From a virus (taxonomy: Duplodnaviria; Caudoviricetes), in IMG/VR virus record IMGVR_UViG_3300044709_000122, positions 1 to 39,462 of that record: a DNA stretch of 39,462 bases. One strand, 5' to 3'. The number at the start of each line of letters is the position of its first letter. Positions within the stretch are counted from its first letter, which is position 1. Both the position numbers and the translations under genes were made by a program. A model generated the notes under the pieces. It was not told the origin of the DNA. It saw only the letters and a program-made list of their open reading frames with translations, and made no database searches. Of the stretch, positions 34,917 to 39,462 are shown one piece after another.

Positions 34917-35494
34917 ACCACGTCGAGTTGCGTCGCCGCGAATACGCCGACCTCGACACGCTCGCCGACCGCCTGGAAGAGATTCCACTGTGGACCGAGG
35001 GCGCCCGTCAGTGGCTCAACGAGGTCGAGGCCATCGCGAACTCCAAGAGCGGCCGGTTCCCGCTGGTGCGGTATGGCGAACGCGACGCTATCCCGGCCTT
35101 AACCCGGCGACTCGTTCTTCGGAGAGACAACCACCACTGCAAGCGCTGCGCCAGCGACGTGCGGCTCCAACTCGACCACGTTGTGCCCTGGTCCTTCGGC
35201 GGCCCAGATCGCAGCACCAACCTGCAGACGCTGTGCGAATGGTGCAACAGCGACCGCTCGAACTTCCGGGAGGCCGGGCTGCCCCGCCTCATCGGCGTCA
35301 CCGCCGTCTGCGACCCGTGCCTGTACATCCATGACGGCAACATGTCCGACCTGCACAACCGGGCCTACATGTGGACGCAGTGCCCTCGCTGCCGGGCCTG
35401 GGGTGAGGACTGGGAACGCGACGAGCACGTGCCGGCCTACTGCGGAACTTGCGACTGGACGTCGTGGGTCAGCGATCCGCGCCGAATCCTGTGA
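34913..35494 (+). CDS. HNH endonuclease
   Basis: VLRRDNHHCKRC...LDHVVPWSFGG....NLQTLCEWCN. Confidence 0.9.
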   Translation: MNHVELRRREYADLDTLADRLEEIPLWTEGARQWLNEVEAIANSKSGRFPLVRYGERDAIPALTRRLVLRRDNHHCKRCASDVRLQLDHVVPWSFGGPDRSTNLQTLCEWCNSDRSNFREAGLPRLIGVTAVCDPCLYIHDGNMSDLHNRAYMWTQCPRCRAWGEDWERDEHVPAYCGTCDWTSWVSDPRRIL

Positions 35495-35537
35495 GCCGAA
35501 GCCCTGTGACCGTCCCGACCCCCGAAAGGCCAAACAC

Positions 35538-35735
35538 ATGAGCCAAGTCCGCCTCCTCATCGACGTCCACAGCCGCGTGGCCGAGTTTTCGCGCACCATC
35601 CACCCCATGGACGTTGGGGACCTGGAAGCCGCCCGCCGCACCCTTGACAAGGCCTACCTCGAAGCCCGCAGCTGGCTTGATCACGAGATCGGCAAGCCCA
35701 TACCGCTTCCGACCCGCAGCAAGGAGCCCGCATGA
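35538..35735 (+). CDS. hypothetical protein
   Basis: SD GAAAGG. Confidence 0.55.
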   Translation: MSQVRLLIDVHSRVAEFSRTIHPMDVGDLEAARRTLDKAYLEARSWLDHEIGKPIPLPTRSKEPA

Positions 35736-35890
35736 CCTCCCCCGACCCCACCCCCGTCACCGATGTGACCGAGGAAACCAACGCCATGCGCCGCATCGAC
35801 GCCCTACTCAACCGCCTCGACGAACGGGCACGCATGCGCGTCGTGCGCTGGGCCGGCGAGCGGTACACGAGCGACGAGGAGGACAAGTGA
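35732..35890 (+). CDS. 52-aa hypothetical protein
   Basis: SD AAGGAG; E..AM..I...L..LDE.AR.RVV.W. Confidence 0.6.
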   Translation: MTSPDPTPVTDVTEETNAMRRIDALLNRLDERARMRVVRWAGERYTSDEEDK

Positions 35891-36201
35891 GCGACACCAG
35901 GACGGTCTACATCTCGATCGGCAACAGCGACGACAAGCTGACCCAGGCCGAGTGGTCGGCGTTCTACCGCCATACCCGCCAGGCCATCGAGGGCTACAGC
36001 CAAGTCATCCACGGCTCGTGGGTGTCGCGGACCGAAGACCCGTGGCAGAACGCCTGCTGGTGCTTCGAGCCGATCGCCGACCACTCGGCACGCGCCGGGC
36101 TGAAGCGGGTACTCGCCCAGATCGCCGCCGACTACCGCCAGGACACGATCGCCTGGGCCGAAGCCAGCACCGAGTTCATCAAGGCAGCCGATCATGGCTA
36201 G
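35887..36201 (+). CDS. hypothetical protein (ferredoxin-like fold candidate)
   Basis: VYISIGNSDDKLTQAEWS.F...WQNACW...YRQD.IAW; SD GAGGAGG. Confidence 0.7.
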   Translation: MSDTRTVYISIGNSDDKLTQAEWSAFYRHTRQAIEGYSQVIHGSWVSRTEDPWQNACWCFEPIADHSARAGLKRVLAQIAADYRQDTIAWAEASTEFIKAADHG

Positions 36202-36340
36202 CCGCCGATGCTCCTACTGCGACGATCCGATGCCGTGGTGGTCGAAGTTGTTCTTCTTCCACACCTGCCGCAACTGCGCCTACCGCATGAGCATGGGCGT
36301 CCAGCCACGACGCCCCAAGACGCCCGAGGAGCCGTCATGA
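36194..36340 (+). CDS. small zinc-finger protein
   Basis: CSYC...CRNC, 48 aa. Confidence 0.5.
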   Translation: MASRRCSYCDDPMPWWSKLFFFHTCRNCAYRMSMGVQPRRPKTPEEPS

Positions 36341-36648
36341 CCGCCAACCTGCCCGCGCACCGCGACGACCGCGAAACACCCGCCACCCGGCAAGCCCGCA
36401 TCATCCCATTCCCCAACCAGGCCGACCCACTCGGCAACATTCTCGACCTCGGCACCGAAATCCAAGACATCAACAACCGTCACACCAAAGAACTCGTCGC
36501 CGCCGTCCTGCGCATCCTCGGCCAGGAATGCCCCATCCCCGGCTGCGGCGCACGGCTCACCGCAGACCGCGGCCGGGTAGCAGCACACATGGGCCAGCAC
36601 CGGCTACGCGACCAGTGGACGGCACGCATGCGGGGATGGAAGTGGTGA
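36337..36648 (+). CDS. hypothetical protein with C2H2-like finger
   Basis: CPIPGC...HMGQH; SD GAGGAG. Confidence 0.6.
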   Translation: MTANLPAHRDDRETPATRQARIIPFPNQADPLGNILDLGTEIQDINNRHTKELVAAVLRILGQECPIPGCGARLTADRGRVAAHMGQHRLRDQWTARMRGWKW

Positions 36649-36977
36649 GCGTGACAGACCGCGAAGAACAGGAAATGGAGCGGCGCAAACTCGCCGGGCT
36701 CAGCGACCAGAACATCACCATCAGCGGCCGACTCGACGGCCGGTTCACGGCAACCGGCCCCGCATACTTCCCAACGGCGCAACCCGCCCGCGTCACCTAC
36801 CGCCGGCCCGAGGGACGCTGGCAGCGGATCAAATACTGGCTGAGGCGCCACGGGATGCGCTGGCTCAAGATCCGGTACGTCACCTACAGCGTCGACGCAA
36901 CCGTCGGCCCACGGCACGGCGAGACGCCCCCCATCAAGCCAATCGGGTCGATCACGCGTGGCAAGGAAGTGCAATGA
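36645..36977 (+). CDS. hypothetical protein
   Basis: Coupled both ends. Confidence 0.5.
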   Translation: MSVTDREEQEMERRKLAGLSDQNITISGRLDGRFTATGPAYFPTAQPARVTYRRPEGRWQRIKYWLRRHGMRWLKIRYVTYSVDATVGPRHGETPPIKPIGSITRGKEVQ

Positions 36978-37267
36978 GCGAACACCGGCGCCCCTGCCAA
37001 GCCGAAGCGCCACCCCCACTGTTCGGCTACCCGCTATCCGACCCGCACATCCACGACCCGCACCGCCACGCCTGCATCCACGACGCCGCCGACGACAACG
37101 GCGTCGAACACGAATGCGAATGCGGAATGACCTGGCAGGTAAGGACGCGGGCGCCGCGGCCAGCAGAAGTTCAACGCGTAGGCAACGAACTCAGGGAGCG
37201 AATCGCTGAAATCAGGGCCGAATGGGAAGCCAAACGCGTTGCGGATGCCGAGGAGGCCAAACCATGA
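36974..37267 (+). CDS. hypothetical Cys/His-rich protein
   Basis: C...H.C.H....EHECECG.TW. Confidence 0.6.
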   Translation: MSEHRRPCQAEAPPPLFGYPLSDPHIHDPHRHACIHDAADDNGVEHECECGMTWQVRTRAPRPAEVQRVGNELRERIAEIRAEWEAKRVADAEEAKP

Positions 37268-37632
37268 CCGACGCCCTAGAAGTCCAACGCATCAAAGCCG
37301 CCAACACCAAACTCACCCAACAAATCCAAGCCCTCAACGAACGCCTCACCACCAACACCCAAACCCTGAAAGACGCCATCACCGCCGTCAACCAAAACAT
37401 TGGCCCACTCATCGCAGCAATCCCCCAAGACATCACCATCACCTGGCCCAACCCATGGCCAGACACCGGCTACGGCATCTGGACCCAAATCGCCACCGGC
37501 AACGCCGTCCTCGGCCAAATCCACGCCACACTCAAAGCCAACTCCAAAACCGAAACCGAATGCGTCGTCACCGTCCTAGCAGCCGTAGCCGTCACCAGCG
37601 CAGGCCTCGACGTCATCGGCGCAAGAACATGA
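37264..37632 (+). CDS. coiled-coil + fiber-like beta domain protein
   Basis: Heptad N-terminus then ITITWPNPWPDTGYGI; SD GAGGAGG. Confidence 0.6.
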   Translation: MTDALEVQRIKAANTKLTQQIQALNERLTTNTQTLKDAITAVNQNIGPLIAAIPQDITITWPNPWPDTGYGIWTQIATGNAVLGQIHATLKANSKTETECVVTVLAAVAVTSAGLDVIGART

Positions 37633-37741
37633 ACCCCCCATATCACTACGTCGACGGCGGCATCGCCATCAGCCTCATACTGCTGATCGCACTCCTCACC
37701 GCCGCAGTGATCTCGCTGATATCCAAAAAAGGCGGGAAACG

Positions 37742-38356
37742 ATGAACCCAGACCGCTGGAACGCCGATCTAGCCCGCCAACACCTAATCGAACACCTCGA
37801 AGAACTCGCCCAACTCACCCCAGCCCTCACCGAAGCCCTCGCCCGAGACCACACACCCAACACCGGCACCCGAATCGCCGTCAGCGGCCTAACCCTCTCC
37901 CTACCCGTCAACCCCGACGTCCTACGCGCCCTCAACGAAATCCCCATCACCTACCTGCCCTACTACCTCGCCGACTTCGAACACGCCATCTCCACCGGCG
38001 ACCAGGCAACCGCCAAACACATCACAACCCAAGCCGGCCACTGGCGGCGCCTAGCCAAACGCGCCCTCGGCCTACTCCTCTACGACCGCCCCCTGGCCCA
38101 ACCCTGCCCACAACACGACCTGCCACTCACCGAACTCGTAGCCCTCGGCGACGAAGGCTGGATCACCCAAGACAGCCGCGGCCTATACGTCAAATGGCTC
38201 AAAGACCAACGAATCTGGTGCCGCCACTGCGGATCACTATGGGAACCCCGGCAAATGCTGCTACTCGGTCGGCTACTACGGTGGGCCGAGAAACGGCGCA
38301 ACCAGACCGCCGCCCAAGACGACGACACGCCCGCTGACCTGGAAATTGCGGCCTAA
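37742..38356 (+). CDS. putative late-gene regulator with zinc ribbon
   Basis: PCP...WCRHCG..W...LGRL near the right end, upstream of HTH and HNH; function inferred from position. Confidence 0.5.
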   Translation: MNPDRWNADLARQHLIEHLEELAQLTPALTEALARDHTPNTGTRIAVSGLTLSLPVNPDVLRALNEIPITYLPYYLADFEHAISTGDQATAKHITTQAGHWRRLAKRALGLLLYDRPLAQPCPQHDLPLTELVALGDEGWITQDSRGLYVKWLKDQRIWCRHCGSLWEPRQMLLLGRLLRWAEKRRNQTAAQDDDTPADLEIAA

Positions 38357-38431
38357 AAAAGATCCTGTTACGCTTCCCGCAACTAGACCAACCATGCCCA
38401 CAGACGGCCTTGAACCTCAGGGAGGCTTGCT

Positions 38432-38635
38432 GTGGGCGTACTCGTACCCACCGCCGTCGCCGCCCACGCCCTCGGCGTCACCCCAGACGCCATCCGCCTA
38501 CTGCGGCACCGCGGCAAAATCTCCCGCCACGGCACCAAACAACGAGCACTAGTCGACCTCGAAGAACTCGCCGCGCTCGACTACCGCCGCCAAGCACACG
38601 GCTCCGACTCCACCCGGCGCGACACCAACACCTGA
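38432..38635 (+). CDS. small HTH DNA-binding protein (MerR/Xis-like)
   Basis: LVPTAVAAHALGVTPDAIRLLRHRGKISRHG....ALVDLEEL; SD GGAGG. Confidence 0.75.
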   Translation: MGVLVPTAVAAHALGVTPDAIRLLRHRGKISRHGTKQRALVDLEELAALDYRRQAHGSDSTRRDTNT

Positions 38636-39042
38636 CCAGCCGCATCCAACACCCGCACCGACCGGAAACCCTGCCCCGAAGCCGACCAAAAACTCTCCAA
38701 CGCCGCACACATCTGCGACGCCGGAACCCGAGCATCCGCATCCGCCCACAACGACGTCCGCACCGACAACCAGACGCCATCCCACGACGGCTGCCCAGCA
38801 AGCCCATACCAAGACAGCCCCGAATACGTCGACCAGTAACTACCGAGCTGACTCACATCCACCTTCGCCGCCGGAGCCACAGGCGCACCAACCGGAGCCG
38901 GCTCAACAAACTGCGTCCACAACACCCCAGCCACCAACACCCCCACCACCACAGCCGACCCCAAAAACCACAACACCCGACCCGCCGACACCGGCCCACG
39001 CGCCACAACCCCACCCGACATGCCGCCAGTGTCAGCCCCCAC
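38581..39042 (-). CDS. lone reverse-strand membrane-anchored exported protein
   Basis: One TM (VLWFLGSAVVVGVLVAGVLW), Pro linker, globular domain with two Cys; SD GAGGGG before GTG 39042. Confidence 0.65.
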   Translation of the reverse strand: MGADTGGMSGGVVARGPVSAGRVLWFLGSAVVVGVLVAGVLWTQFVEPAPVGAPVAPAAKVDVSQLGSYWSTYSGLSWYGLAGQPSWDGVWLSVRTSLWADADARVPASQMCAALESFWSASGQGFRSVRVLDAAGQVLVSRRVESEPCAWRR

Positions 39043-39093
39043 GTCAATGAATCCCCTCGGATGATCCGGCACACAAACCCGCCCAGGTGACCC

Positions 39094-39417
39094 ATGGCCA
39101 ACCGCAGACCACCCCACCGCAAAGGCACCACCGGCCGCCCCTACCGACGCCTACAAGCCTGGGTCTTCGCCACCTACAACCACTGCTGGATCTGCGGCCA
39201 CCAAGTCGATAAGACCCTGCCATACATCGACCCCCAAACCGGCCTAGTCAACAAACTCAGCAAAAGCCTCGACCACGTCATCCCCTGCAACATCCGCCCC
39301 GACCTCACCCTCGACCCAGCCAACGCCCGGCTAGCACACTTCACCTGCAACTCATCCCGCGGCAACGGCACCAAACGCAGCCGACACGCAACACTCATCG
39401 CCAGCGTCAAATGGTGA
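39094..39417 (+). CDS. terminase-associated HNH endonuclease
   Basis: CWICGH.VD...SLDHVIP...DPANARLAHFTCNSSRG; last gene before the terminase when circularized. Confidence 0.92.
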   Translation: MANRRPPHRKGTTGRPYRRLQAWVFATYNHCWICGHQVDKTLPYIDPQTGLVNKLSKSLDHVIPCNIRPDLTLDPANARLAHFTCNSSRGNGTKRSRHATLIASVKW

Positions 39418-39421
39418 TCGG

Positions 39422-39443
39422 CGAGGCCGCGGCCTCGTTTTTT
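39422..39443 (+). terminator. hairpin plus T-run adjoining the probable packaging (cos) region
   Basis: CGAGGC-CGCG-GCCTCG-TTTTTT between HNH and terS. Confidence 0.55.
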
Positions 39444-39462
39444 AGGCCTTCCTCCGGCTGAC

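Overview
This window looks like an essentially complete ~39.5 kb genome of a high-GC temperate siphovirus of Actinomycetota, opened at the packaging site. Gene order: terminase small/large, HK97-type portal, prohead protease, major capsid, head/neck genes, tail tube, frameshifted tail chaperone, short tape measure, minor tail genes, DUF1906 endolysin and holin-like cluster. Next come a leftward accessory module (SpdA/DUF2637-like gene, structured RNA with a tRNA-like element, small HTH, GntR), a small tyrosine recombinase and a repressor/Cro switch. The early region encodes an exonuclease plus ERF, VRR-NUC, a C5 methylase, a replication initiator and an HNH, and ends in a terminase-associated HNH. 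The most striking signal is a second -1 frameshift site (C CCA AAA plus a hairpin) at the end of the portal gene. It would fuse the portal to a start-less ~450-aa extension built from two cassettes, each headed by the same LTRVK-x7-R-[HF]NPxHxxxGxF motif. The second cassette carries an HExxH zinc-peptidase, and a small Cys/His gene follows. All calls come from reading motifs and synteny by eye; no database searches were run.
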